Assembly (NCBI GenBank): GCA_002269645.1
Contig: NIVC01001402.1
Coordinates: forward strand, 62,001 to 126,000
DNA from: Macrostomum lignano
Lineage: Eukaryota
DNA: 64,000 nucleotides
Direction: 5' to 3'
Numbering within the stretch: the first letter of the stretch is position 1; each line of letters opens with the position of its first letter. The translations under genes and the position numbers were made by a program. The notes under the pieces were generated by a model. It worked only from the letters and a program-made list of their open reading frames with translations, was not told the DNA's origin and searched no databases. Below are positions 43,405-56,300 of the stretch, in pieces.

Positions 43405-44148
43405 GATCAGCTGAGGTGAATGGTCCTAGGGAGCGGGGCCTGGCTGCAATATCAGCTGAGGTGAATGGTCCTAGGGAGCGGGGCCTGGCTGCAATATCAG
43501 CTGAGGTGAATGGTCCTAGGGAGCGGGGCCTGGCTGCAATATCAGCTGAGGTGAATGGTCCTAGGGAGCGGGGCCTGGCTGCAATATCAGCTGAGGTGAA
43601 TGGTCCTAGGGAGCGGGGCCTGGCTGCAATATCAGCTGAGGTGAATGGTCCTAGGGAGCGGGGCCTGGCTGCAATATCAGCTGAGGTGAATGGTCCTAGG
43701 GAGCGGGGCCTGGCTGCAATATCAGCTGAGGTGAATGGTCCTAGGGAGCGGGGCCTGGCTGCAATATCAGCTGAGGTGAATGGTCCTAGGGAGCGGGGCC
43801 TGGCTGCAATATCAGCTGAGGTGAATGGTCCTAGGGAGCGGGGCCTGGCTGCAATATCAGCTGAGGTGAATGGTCCTAGGGAGCGGGGCCTGGCTGCAAT
43901 ATCAGCTGAGGTGAATGGTCCTAGGGAGCGGGGCCTGGCTGCAATATCAGCTGAGGTGAATGGTCCTAGGGAGCGGGGCCTGGCTGCAATATCAGCTGAG
44001 GTGAATGGTCCTAGGGAGCGGGGCCTGGCTGCAATATCAGCTGAGGTGAATGGTCCTAGGGAGCGGGGCCTGGCTGCAATATCAGCTGAGGTGAATGGTC
44101 CTCGGGAGCGGGGCCTGGCTGCAATATCAGCTGAGGTGAATGGTCCTA
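43405..44148. repeat. 45-bp minisatellite, ~16.5 nearly identical copies
   Basis: cagctgaggtgaatggtcctagggagcggggcctggctgcaatat; only one variant noticed (near 44103). Confidence 0.97.
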
Positions 44149-44719
44149 TAGAGAGCGGACCGTACAATTTTGACGCCCGGGTTACAGCAGTGCGTGCCCA
44201 GTCAAACTGAGTGAGTGTTACAACTTAATGGAGAGTTTACAGCTGAAAGTCGATCAAATGGCAGCAGATTTGACTGGCGCATTGCAAGGTCTTTCCAGAA
44301 CATGCAGAACAAATGTTTTAAAGTGCAGGTTAATTTGGGCCAGCAGACTTTCCGTTATTCAACACTGACACAGAAAACTATAACCACAGTTAAATTATGC
44401 AGCAAATACAACGGATATTAAGCTAATTTAAGCAAAAATCGAGAACACCTGGATGTCAGGTACAGGAAAAAGTAGCGCTCTTTATGAGTTTACAGCAGGC
44501 CCAGTCTCGCGACCTCGATCTCAGCCAAGCCAATACGAGCGTACGAGTATAGTCGCTCGTAACTCTTAACTCACGCAACTCGCTTCAGTATTCGTAAGAC
44601 TGCTTATGAGGAGAAACTCAATGAGTAGTTGCGGCGTACCTAACTTAATTATACACAAGTACGCGATTGAACGTTAAGCGTGAGAGAACGTCACAGAGCG
44701 CGTTTCAGGGCCTGGGCGT

Positions 44720-45640
44720 GAACTTAGGCCGCACCACCGGCAGTCTCCGGTGCGCCGCATCAGCCAGCAGGCAGTCGACGAAACGCCGCGTGCGCACCTG
44801 TCCCCGCCGGTAGGGTGCCTGCAGCGTCAGCAGCAGCACCTCCTGCATCGGTTGCGGGTAGTAGGACTCGGGCTCGGGTGATGTGGCCTGCCAGCTGGAG
44901 TCGCCGACAGCGCGACAGTTTGCTGGGACGGGACAGGCCGGTGCGGCGATAGAGTGCCGCATTGGTGACTCGCTCGTAGCCGATCTTGAAGGCGGCGCGC
45001 CGCATTGACCTGCTGTTCGAGCGAATCCGTCAGCGTCCAGATCTTGGCGTTATATAACAGGACGGTCTCGATCACCGCTTGGAACAACGCCGCCCTCTGG
45101 CGGTCAGGCAAAGCCTCGGACTGCAGGACTGCCCTCACGGAACGGAAGGCAGCCCAGGCAAGTCCACGGCGATGTCGCAGATCCTCACGATCGAGTCAAA
45201 AGCCTCTCTGAAGTCAATAAAGAGAGCAGTCAGGCTCGACTGTCGGGTCCGCGCTTCCTGGATGATTCGGCGAAGCCAGGATCTGCGCCACTGTGCCGTG
45301 ATGGGGTCGGAAACTGTTCTGCTCTGGCCACAAATACCGAAACTCTCCTCTGCCGGCAATTTCGTCCCCGGCGACAGCCTCAGATCGTTTGGCAGCGGGG
45401 GCGGCGGCGCGTTGACGATGGTGGCGAAGAAATCGCGCAGCTCATTTCTGCGCTCATCCGGAGTATCACCAGGTTGAGCGGGATGCACTGCTTCCGCCCC
45501 GTCCGAGCGTTGATGGCGGACCAGGCCACGCTCTCTTTGGCGTCGGGTCCAGCGTCCGTGACGGCCTTGATGGCGTCGTCAACAGCGGCCTGTTGCCGCT
45601 GCAGGTAGACAGCCGCCAGAGCCTCCTCCGCCTCGCGAGT
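44720..45640 (-). mobile_element. Internally deleted non-LTR retrotransposon (RTE-like) ORF2 remnant
   Basis: RT motif ALFIDFREAFDSI, then C-terminal ALFQAVIETVLLYNAKIWTLT...RRLQLAGHI with frameshifts; same family as 22259-22560. Confidence 0.8.
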
Positions 45641-46564
45641 TGGCCACCTGCTCGGACGGAAGCGCTACTCTGCTTGCAAGCGCGACAAGGGAGAGGGTGG
45701 GCAAAGGATGGCAGAACTGGCCCCTGTGGCAAAAGATGTGCCCAAGTCTCGAGCTGTTCACTCCAAAGTTTATTTCCTTCTTTCATTTCATTTTTATATT
45801 CAATTTCACAAAAAACGCGCTGAAAATGCATTTAATTTGCATGATTTTGGGCTCCAATGCAGTTTTGCAGCAATTTAGCAAACTTTAATTGAGTGCTAAC
45901 TTTAATTACGAGCGTACTATATCGCTGAGTACGAATAATTTAAGCTCAGTGACAGTGATGATCGTGGTCGGTGAAAACTAAAAAATTCTCTAAAGAATTT
46001 TAATAAATGAAAGTCCCAGCTTCCCAAATTATTCATTCCTCCTGCTACCGGGGGGGGGATCCTTCATTCAGGGCGAATGCAGGAAAAAGCTCGCTCGCCA
46101 ACTGATCTGAAAGGAAACAGGAGGTCAGGTAGTCGCTCGTCTTCACTCTATCACTCTCTCCCCCAGCCTCTCTCGGTGTTCCAAAACCCCCACTTGCTCT
46201 GCTTCTCTTATAGGCCCCACCGTGAAGCTTGGCTTTGCTTTTTGCAAGGCTGCCTACCGATGATTTACGCGCAACCTAACTCTGACCGGCGAAACATTGG
46301 CTGCGCTGCAGAGCTCAAAGCATGCCTGCATCTGTGCAGTTTTGCATTTACAGATATAAAATTACATGCATAAATTATAATCTGCTCTATAATTTTAATG
46401 TTGATTTTCGCCTTCCTATTTATCTTACTTGCCAAGCGAGCAACTTTACCTGAATAATCTGCTCTATACAGCTCTACGAATCAGAGGCAACTCTGAATTA
46501 CAGTTGTGTGCTGGGACCACAAATTGGAACCAAGAGCAGAAAAGTCTACAAAAAGGCCCAAGCC

Positions 46565-47677
46565 ATGAGAACCAAGAAGCATTTGATACTGCTAGCTGGC
46601 GCACTAGCCGCACTCGTCACACTGGCGTATCTCACTCAGCGCAAGAGCGGGGCCGCCTTAGAGACGCAGCTGCCAACGCTGAGCGATGTGGAGATGATAA
46701 AAAACTGCCCAGCCTACAACGAGCTCAGCAATGTTGACTTCATGAACCCCAGCCTGCAGCAGCGGCTGTGTCAAGGAACGCCAGCCTACCGGACTGTGAG
46801 CGGCAAGTTTCCGCTGTGCGAGCTGAGCAGGAGCCTGCCGCAGCAGATGTACAACATCGTCAGACAGGGTGCCCCAGTGGCCAATGTGACCCGAGCCATG
46901 GGCGGCCCTTTAATGCCGCTGTTCACTTTCGGCGTGGAGGACTATATTTCGGCGGAGATGCTGAAGAAGCACGACTGGGAAACTGCTTCCATTCGGACCA
47001 TGCTCAACCTGTTGAAGAAGTTTTCGACAGACTCGGTGACGTTCCTCGACGTCGGCAGCAACGTCGGCATCTATAGCCTGCAGGCCAGAGAGCTCGGATA
47101 TCCTGTGGTGGCCATCGATGCGAACATTCGCGCGTTGGTCAGGCTGCAGATGTCAGCGAAGCGGCTGAACTTGCTTGACGACAAGCTGAAGCTCTTCTGG
47201 GGCTTCATCAGCGACAACGTGGTGCTCAAGCGGATCAGCTACAATGCCGACGACTTTGGCTGCCACGCCGGAAGCGGCTCTGTCGGGTCGACTGACTGGA
47301 TGCGGCAGGTCACCAACCTCATCGAGGACACGATTCCCGTGATGACTGTCAGAGCGGACGAGCTCAGAGCGCACATCGGCACCAAGAATGTGGTCATCAA
47401 GATGGACATCGAGTCCGGTGAGCACCTGTTCATGCGGACAGGCCAGAAGCTATTCAGCGAGCTCAACATCATGGCGCTACAGATGGAGTTCTGGAGGAAG
47501 CTGGGCCACCGACCGCAGGTGTCTAAATATTACAAATTCGTGACGCACTTTATGACCTCAAGAAACTTCTCGCTGCTGTCCATGGCCACCTTTAAAGTGC
47601 AGAATATCGCTACGTTTGGTGAATGGGACGGTCTCTGGGTTAGAAATGATTTTTTGTCACGCGTTAAGAAAGCTTAA
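46565..47677 (+). CDS. FkbM-family SAM-dependent methyltransferase with an N-terminal signal-anchor (type II membrane), 370 aa, intronless CDS
   Basis: MRTKKHLILLAGALAALVTLAYL anchor; motif I VTFLDVGSNVGIYSL, VVAIDAN, and VIKMDIESGE (the KiDvEG motif typical of FkbM). Confidence 0.85.
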   Translation: MRTKKHLILLAGALAALVTLAYLTQRKSGAALETQLPTLSDVEMIKNCPAYNELSNVDFMNPSLQQRLCQGTPAYRTVSGKFPLCELSRSLPQQMYNIVRQGAPVANVTRAMGGPLMPLFTFGVEDYISAEMLKKHDWETASIRTMLNLLKKFSTDSVTFLDVGSNVGIYSLQARELGYPVVAIDANIRALVRLQMSAKRLNLLDDKLKLFWGFISDNVVLKRISYNADDFGCHAGSGSVGSTDWMRQVTNLIEDTIPVMTVRADELRAHIGTKNVVIKMDIESGEHLFMRTGQKLFSELNIMALQMEFWRKLGHRPQVSKYYKFVTHFMTSRNFSLLSMATFKVQNIATFGEWDGLWVRNDFLSRVKKA

Positions 47678-48595
47678 TAAGCTGTGAATTGAGATTTTAA
47701 ATGCATCATTTGATTAATAAAGACATTTTATGGCGTTACCCAGAGACGGACTTTCAAACGTGAAGTTGGTGGCACGATGCAGTTTACAAATTTCAGTGAC
47801 GATTCTCTCCCGGCCTTACCACCAGTACTTGCATGCGGGTGTGCTCAAAGTTGCGAGTTCTTTTTCCATTTTGCTGGTGTCTGCGCTCGCTTTACTGTTT
47901 GGCTTTGCTTAAATTGTTACCTGTGCTTAATCCAGCTTTCTATCAACGCTTGATCTAATTTTCCGCCCGTGCCTTATCAAGTTCACAGCGTTTCTATGTG
48001 CAACGCGGTTCGAACCAGTTGCGCAAATTACTGCGTCTGCTTGCAAGGCGAATATTTACACTGGAACTCTGTGCGCATCGCACTCATACTCAGCCTCTCC
48101 CCCATGCAGCCCCACCCTCCTGTTGGTTATTAAATACATGTATAAGAAGAGATCTATGGACTGCGGCAATGTTTGTCATTAGACATGGTGCCGTTTCCAA
48201 ACTCATCTTTGTTTGCTCTAGACTTTCTAAAAATGCCTTGTTCCAGTTTTATTTACACTGCACACATAATAAGAAAATTGATGTCGAAATTATGAAAGCA
48301 CTTTTAGAGACTGTAGAAGTGGTACGAGCCAGTGTTTTTTTTTACTTTTGTTTGGTACCCGAATTGGGGTATCAAGCCTCTGAGTAGTACCCCATTTTGG
48401 AGGAGTACCCCCAAAATATAGAATTATTGTAAAATCGTGATTCTGGCCTTAAAATTAGTCAAAATTAGCCAGTTTCAAACTTCGAGTAAGTCAGATCGCG
48501 CTGCAGTATCGCGTTGACATGGGCCCTGTGGCTGTGGGCCGTGGCTGTGGGCACACTCCGAGGACTGAGAGTTGAGCTTAAGCCTGAATTCCAAC

Positions 48596-48808
48596 CAGGG
48601 ACTACTCAAACACCGTGACGGGAAACTAGGAATTTTTTACGAGGCTGCATGGTATTTCGATCAGCAGCAGTAGAAAATAACCCCGAGACAAGAAAGTAAA
48701 CACAGCATCACTCTATGAAGATAAGCCAGCCATGCAGCCTCGTCAACTGCTAAAAGGCCAGCCTCGTAAAAAATTCCTAGTTTCAAGTCGGTGTTTGAGT
48801 AGTGCCTG
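48596..48808. mobile_element. MITE with ~50-bp imperfect TIRs
   Basis: CAGGGACTACTCAAACACCG..GAAACTAGGAATTTTTTACGAGGCTG / CAGCCTCGTAAAAAATTCCTAGTTTC..CGGTGTTTGAGTAGTGCCTG; TSD not cleanly resolved. Confidence 0.7.
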
Positions 48809-50317
48809 CATGATTCCGACCACAGCACTGCTATTGGTACGCTAATAAAATTTTTAATGTTTATCTAATATTGTGCTTTTTTATTATATAGCTGTGATGT
48901 GTACGTACAGGGGAGCTATATCGATGAAATGTGAAGTGAAACTCCAGTTCAGATCGAGCGAGTCCTATATTGATATTTTTAAGTACATAGCCTAATGAAT
49001 TTTGAAGTTTATAGCGAACTTAAAGACATTAAAACAACGTTTAAACTTAGCATACGACTTTTAGATAATGTAAGTAGACCACAGCAGTCTATAATATTTT
49101 TTTTGTATTAAATTGTTGGCATGCTTAAAATAAGGATGCACTCATTTGTCGATAGTAGGCTTGATGCGAAGCACTTGACATAAAAATATTTAACCAATAT
49201 ATTTAAAGCTTACCAATCGATTCAATTTTTAAACCTTGCATAACTGAAGGCTAATTGAAACTAAAGGCAATATACATACACCAGTGACTGAAGACGAACT
49301 TTATTGTTTAAAAAATTGCTCTTCCTCCAATTTTGTTTTCAAATTAATTCCTGGTAGAGGTATTATTCTGGATCTCTAGCTAAAATCTGTTTTTCATTGT
49401 GTGCACCTTAATAAACTCAAATAAATAATAGTCATTTAGCTGCTACTAATGTGATAATCGAGAACAATATTACTTAAACAAAGTTCAAAATGATTATACT
49501 GATCAATATGATCAATGATCAATATGATTATTTTGCTGACATATATCTCAATGCTTGTATATATTTTTTATTTAGTATTTCTTCATTTGACAATAATTGT
49601 CTTATCTTAGGCTTATTGTCTATTTTCATGTATTTTTTCTTTTCTTTATAGCCATACAATAACTGAGCAAAATTAATAAATAGGGAGCAGTATTTTTATA
49701 TTAAATTCTTCTTTAGCTTATTGTTTCCTTTTATCACAATTATCCTTTTATCCATTTATTACAAATGATTTTATTCAATTAATGTAAAGTTCAGACTGCA
49801 ATTAAATAAGCTATAAACACAGCTGATTTAAAAATCAACAAAAAATATGCTTCATAACTTTCTCTGTTTTGCTTCTGAAAGTAGTTATTTTTTGTTTTAA
49901 ACTTAAGTGCTTGAATTTCTTAAACATTTTTCTAACAAAACAAAAACAAACAATACTAAACTATAACGATGCTTATAAAGCACTATAATTTTTAATACCT
50001 TCTTTTCAGCATTAAATGAGAGGCTCTAACTTTGAACCTCTTTGTTTATATCATTTTTGGTTAGTCTAAAGTCTTATTTAACTGAATCAAATGAATTAAG
50101 TTTTTTTATTTTCAACATTAATTTTTTGTTAATTTGTGCATCTGATGCATATTTACACCAAATTTGATAGCGCCCTGAACTTTACATCCAGTCTCATTGT
50201 CTAATAAAAATGGTGCTCAATTTTATATTTTATTAAGATGGTCAACATGTCCTGGAAATTCAAGTCATAAAATTTTGAGACAAGTGAAAGTTTAATTGCA
50301 TTTTCCACTGCATCCGC

Positions 50318-53300
50318 ATGGAAGTTGACGAGCACACAATTGACAACCTGCTGAAAAAGCTGCAGATGACGGCAGCCGAGAGCAAAAAGATTCTCGGCGA
50401 ACTTAGCGATATCGGCAGCGTCAGCGGTTGCCATGACAATGGCAGCAACAGCGGCCTCCAGTCACCGCGCGGCTCAGTGAGCAGCCTGACAAGCAGCAGT
50501 CGCTGCCAGCGAACTCCCCGGGAGGTGCTCGTGGCTCGAATCCGCGACCTGGAGGGCAGCGTGCGCAGCGTGCGGGAGCAGCTGCTGGCCGTGCAGGCGG
50601 AGCGGGAGCGGACGCTGCGAGCGCAGAGCGAAATCACCGGCAAGCTGGGCCAGGCCAAGCGGCTGTTTCAGGTCAGCAAGTGTAGTTCGTTCTCTTTCAG
50701 ACTGACTGAATCGCCAAATTAGGTCAGCAAGTGCAGTTCGCTCTCTTTCAGACTGGCTGAATCGCCAAATTAGGTCAGCAAGTGCAGTTCGCTCTCTTTC
50801 AGACTGACTGAATCGCCAAATTAGGCCTTCAAATGTTTTGCTCGAGGCTGTGCAGTTGATGAAGTTGCGATATCACATGAAAAATGGAGAATTTTTCTTC
50901 AAACTTTACCAACATTTTGACGCACAGAAACTTTTTGCCTTCGCTTGCTGGCTGTTCAGAGTTTGCAAATTTCACAACCGCTCGCTCGCCCACCCCCAGG
51001 CCGAGTACGCCACCTGGGAGAAGCAGCTTCAGGCCGCTGCTCAGGAGCGGGACGCGGCCAAGTCGGAGGCCGAGCAGCTCCGCTTGAAAGTCGAGGAGCT
51101 GCTGGCCAGCGAGGAGGCGCTCAAGCAGCGCGAGGTGAGCGCGGATTCAGTTGGTGGGTTGGTGGCGGAGTCCAGCACCAGAAATTGACGATTCTCTCCC
51201 CCCCCCCGAACTTCAGTCCGAGCTGGCGATCCGTGCGGACTCGCAGGAGGCCTCGCTGGAGCGATTCCGGCGCAGTTGCGAGGAGCTTCGCGCGGCAGCC
51301 AAGCGGGAGGTGGAGCTGCGCCGCGCCCTGGAGGAATCCGCCAGGGCCGTCAGGGAGCGGGTCGAGGCCGCCGAGGCTGCAGCCAATCAGGAGGCGGAGC
51401 AGGTGAGCGAGGCCTGATTGATAACTGTGGCCTGGATAGAACCTGATTGATACTTGGGACCTGAATGGATCCTGATTGATACCTGTGAACTGAATGGATC
51501 CTGATTGATACCTGTGACCTGAATGGATCCTGATTGATACCTGTGACCTGAATGGATCCTGATTGATACCTGTGACCTGAATGGATCCTGATTGAAACCT
51601 GTGACCTGAATGGAACCTGATTGATACCTGTGACCTGAATGGAACCTGATTGATACCTGTGACCTGAATGGATCCTGATTGAAACCTGTGACCTGAATGG
51701 AACCTGATTGATACCTGTGACCTGAATGGAACCTGATTGATACCTGGGACCTGAATGGAACCTGATTGATACCTGGGACCTGAATGGATCCTGATTGAAA
51801 CCTGTGACCTGAATGGAACCTGATTGATACCTGTGACCTGAATGGAACCTGATTGATACCTGGGACCTGAATGGATCCTGATTGATACCTGTGACCTGAA
51901 TGGAACCTGATTGATACCTGTGACCTGAATGGATCCTGATTGATACCTGGGACCTGAATGGATCCTGATTGAAACCTGTGACCTGAATGGAACCTGATTG
52001 ATACCTGTGACCTGAATGGAACCTGATTGATACCTGTGACCTGAATGGATCCTGATTGAAACCTGTGACCTGAATGGAACCTGATTGATACCTGTGACCT
52101 GAATGGAACCTGATTGATACCTGGGACCTGAATGGATCCTGATTGATACCTGTGACCTGAATGGAACCTGATTGATACCTGGGACCTGGATGGAACCTGA
52201 TTGATACCTGGGGCCTGGATGGAACCTGGAACCCGGTTGGAAACTGGAACCCGGGAACCTGAAACATATTAGTTCCAACCTGGAACCTGGTGCACCTTCC
52301 CACTCGAATCCTCAACTGCCGCCGTCAATAAATCAATCAGCGAGCGCAGGCCAGCGCAGAAGCGGAGCGGAGCCGCGCCGAGGTGTCCCGCCTGGAGAAC
52401 CGCCAGGCAGCGCTGGAGGCCGAGCGGCAGCGGCTGCAGTCAGCGGCCGCCTCCTCAGCAGCCGACTGGGAGGCGGAGCGGCGCCGTCTGACCGAGGAGG
52501 CGGCGCAGGCCCGCGAGGCCAAGGAGGCGGCGGAGCGCTCGGCTGCGGAGGCGGAAGCGACGCGACGCTCGACGGAGGCGCGGCTGCAGCGGGCGGTCGC
52601 GGAGGCGGCGGAGGAGGCGGCCGGCCTGCAGGCCGAGGTTCGAGCTCTGCGCGAAGGCCACGAGCGGGACGGGCGGCTGATCGAGCTGCGCGAGGCGCTG
52701 AGGCGGCAGGAGCGGCTGGCCGACCAGCTGGAGGCGCAGCTGGATGAAACCAGGTCAGAGGCTGGAGCGGCGGAGAGGCGCCTGGCGGAGACGGCTGCAC
52801 AATTGGAGGCGGAGAGCGAGCGGGCGAGAGGCCTGGAGAGAAGCGCCCAGCAGCTGCAGGCGGACAAGCGGGGGCTGCAGGTGACCGGTTTGAAGCACTT
52901 TCTGGTAGTCGGGAAAGCAGGTGAAATGCCGCTGGTGAAGGTGGTGGGCAGCATTGCTGAGCAATGTAGCTGGGAACCCATACTAACCCTACTGCCGAGC
53001 TGAGTCTTCAGGGTGTTCCAATTTTTGCGGGTTAGCGGAGTTGCTCAACGCGTCTATATATGGGCTCGATTTTTGAAAACCGTGGCACTGACCGGCAAAC
53101 CCACATCCGCAGGACCGGGTGTCCTCGGCCCTGGGCGACATGACCTCGGAACGGGACCGCCTGGACTCGGCCGTGGGCCGCCTGCAGACCCGCCTGGCCG
53201 AGGCGGAGGCCGCCCGCGACCAGCTGGAGGCGGAAAACGCCGGCCTCCTCGAGCGCCTGCGGGCCTGCGGAGGCGACGCTGGCGGAGGTGGCGGAATCGG

Positions 53301-56300
53301 CGGCTCGGACGTCGAGGGCAAGCTCCGCGAGCTCACGGAGGGCCGACAGCGGCTGGCCTTCGAGCGGGGCCGCCTGCAGACGCAGGTGGAGCAGCTCCAG
53401 GAGCGGCTGGATCGGGCCGGCAACGCGGAGGCTGCGGCCGCCTCTCTGCGGGTGCAGCTTGCGTCTGCGGAGGCGCAAGCGCGCGAGGCGGGTGAGGCCG
53501 GTGCCCGGCTGAGGGCGGAGGTGGCCGACCTACGGGGTCAGGTGAGGTCACACGAATCTGTCTGCAGTTGACTCAGAAGAGAATTTTGCTTCAAGTTTAA
53601 CGCCTACTTGCCCGCCAATCTGTCCATCTCAGGTGCGGCAGCTGCGCGACTCCGAGGGTCGTCAGCGCAACCTGCTGGATGACGCCGGCGCTGGGCGCGA
53701 GGAGGCCGTCACGGAAGCGGCGCGGCTGCTGGCGCACTGCGCAGCCGTGGAGGAGCGGGAAAGGCGCCGCGTCACGGCGGCTGAGACGCTGGTCGCTGAG
53801 GCGAGGGAAGCTGCAAGGCGGGCTCAGGAACAGGTGAGGTTGAGGAAAGCTGGGGATGCAGGAGCAGGTGAGGATGAAAGATGCTGAGATGTTGAAACAC
53901 GAGAACGAGGAAGAGTAACAGAGATATTACTTTAATCCTAAGCCACTCAATCCGCGGTGCCGCAGGCGGCCGGTGCCCTATCGCAGGTGTCGGCCCTGGA
54001 GGCTCAGCTGGAGGCGGTGCAGGCGGACCTCGGGCGCCGGGAGACGGAACTTGCCGACCTACAGCGCTCAGAAGCCGGGCTGCGGGCTCGCACCACGGAA
54101 CTTCAGGCCGACCTTGAGCGGCTGGCGGCGCGCGGCTCGACGGAGGAGCGGCGCTCGGAGGAGGCCGCAGAGCTGCGGCGGCAGCTGCAGGAGCTGCGAG
54201 CCGAGCGGGCGCGGGCGGCGGCGGCAGCCGAGGCGGCTGCAGCGGAGAACGCCAGACTGCGGCAGGCACTGCGGTCGATGCGCTCCACGGTGGAGGCCGA
54301 GAAGTCGGCGGCCGAGCGGGCGGCGGAGGCGAAGCTGCAGGAGCAGCGGCTGCACGAGCGGGCGGAGCAGGTGTGTCGATGTTGATTTAATTTTCAGATA
54401 GCTGCCAAGCACTTATCCCTGCATACTGCCATGGTTGCCATGACTTTCTCTGGCATCTCTTCAGTTCATCTGCTCTCGTCTCTCATCTGTGACTTTTTCT
54501 TTTTCTCTCTCTGTCCAGTCCTGTCTGGCCTTCTTACTGAGCTTATCTCCCTCCCTCTCGCTGCCTTCTGATTGGCTCTTCAATCTCCCTCCCTCTCGCT
54601 GCCTTCTGATTGGCTCTTCAATCTCCCTCCCTCTCGCTGCCTTCTGATTGGCTCTTCAATCTCCCTCCCTCTCGCTGCCTTCTGATTGGCTCTTCAATCT
54701 CCCTCCCTCTCGCTGCCTTCTGATTGGCTCTTCAATCTCCCTCCCTCTCGCTGCCTTCTGATTGGCTCTTCAATCTCCCTCCCTCTCGCTGCCTTCTGAT
54801 TGGCTCTTCAATCTCCCTCCCTCTCGCTGCCTTCTGATTGGCTCTTCAATCTCCCTCCCTCTCGCTGCCTTCTGATTGGCTCTTCAATCTCCCTCCCTCT
54901 CGCTGCCTTCTGATTGGCTCTTCAATCTCCCTCCCTCTCGCTGCCTTCTGATTGGCTCTTCAATCTCCCTCCCTCTCGCTGCCTTCTGATTGGCTCTTCA
55001 ATCTCCCTCCCTCTCGCTGCCTTCTGATTGGCTCTTCAATCTCCCTCCCTCTCGCTGCCTTCTGATTGGCTCTTCAATCTCCCTCCCTCTCGCTGCCTTC
55101 TGATTGGCTCTTCAATCTCCCTCCCTCTCGCTACCTTCTGATTGGCTCTTCAATCTCCCTCCCTCTCGCTGCTTTCTGATTGGCTCTTCAATCTTCCTCC
55201 CTCTCGCTGCCTTCTGATTGGCTCTTCAATCTCAGCCGCACACTCCACCCCCTTGAAAATCAACTAATTTGACCGTCAACTGTCCACTGCAGTCACTCAG
55301 CTTGCCTGTTTTATAAATATAAAGCGATGAATCTTTCACAAAAGGAACTTACAGATGTTTTCCACTGTACGCTTGAACTTTAAGTAGATACGATAACTGA
55401 GAAGGTCACGATTCAGAGATCAAATGGCATTATTTTTATGAGGCACCCGTTGCTCAGCAAGCCTCGAACCCATGCCTCACCAGGCCGGTGAGGAGCGCGC
55501 GGCGGAGCTGCGGCAGCAGGTGGAGCGCCAGCGCGGGCTGCGCAAGCGGGCGGAGGCGCGCGCGGCTGAGGCGGAGGCCCGGGCGGCCGCGGCCACCGGC
55601 GGCTGCGAAGCCGAGCGGCGGGCGCGGGCGCTGGCCGAGGCGGAGCTGCAGGCGGCCCGCGAGCGGCTGGCGGACGCGGAACGGCAGCGGCGGCAGCAGG
55701 CTGAGCAGCTGGCCGACTTGATGAAGCGTGAGCGCTCGGCTGAGGCCGAGAGGCTGCAGCGGCTGAGAGCGGAAAGTGCGGCTGCCACCTCCGCAGACCT
55801 GGATGAGACCGGGATTGACGGGGTGAGACTGGGCGTCGGTTGGGGTGAGACTAAGCGGTCAGGGTGAGACTGGGCAGTCAGGGGTGAGACTGGGCAGTCA
55901 GGGTGAGACTGGGCAGTCAGGGTTGAGACTGGGCAGTCAGGGTGAGACTGAGCGTCGTTCGGAGGTTAGACTAAGCGGTCAGGTGAGACTGGGCAGTCAG
56001 GGTGGGACCGGGCAGTCAGGGAGAGACTTAGCGGTCAGCTCCACCGACTCTGCCTTGCCGAACTTCCAGCATGGCAGCTCAGGCCTCCTGGACTACATCG
56101 CCACTCACGATCGGCAGCTGCGGGCCCAGCAGCAGCAGCTTCATCAACCTCCTGATCGACAGACACCCGCTGAGTCGGCATTTCAGGCTGAGCAGGACTT
56201 CAACCGCTACCTGGAGGACCAGCTGAAGGCTTTGAAGGTAAAAAATTACACTCTGTGTAAATTCACAGGCCACAGCTGATTCAAACTAAACAAACCTCTT

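Noticed and set aside
43397-44210. CRISPR-like regular array and 256/264-aa ORFs
   Set aside because: The units are identical with no unique spacers, there are no cas genes, and the context is eukaryotic.
52333-55788. Long minus-strand ORFs over the coiled-coil exons
   Set aside because: They are antisense shadows of GC-rich coding exons.
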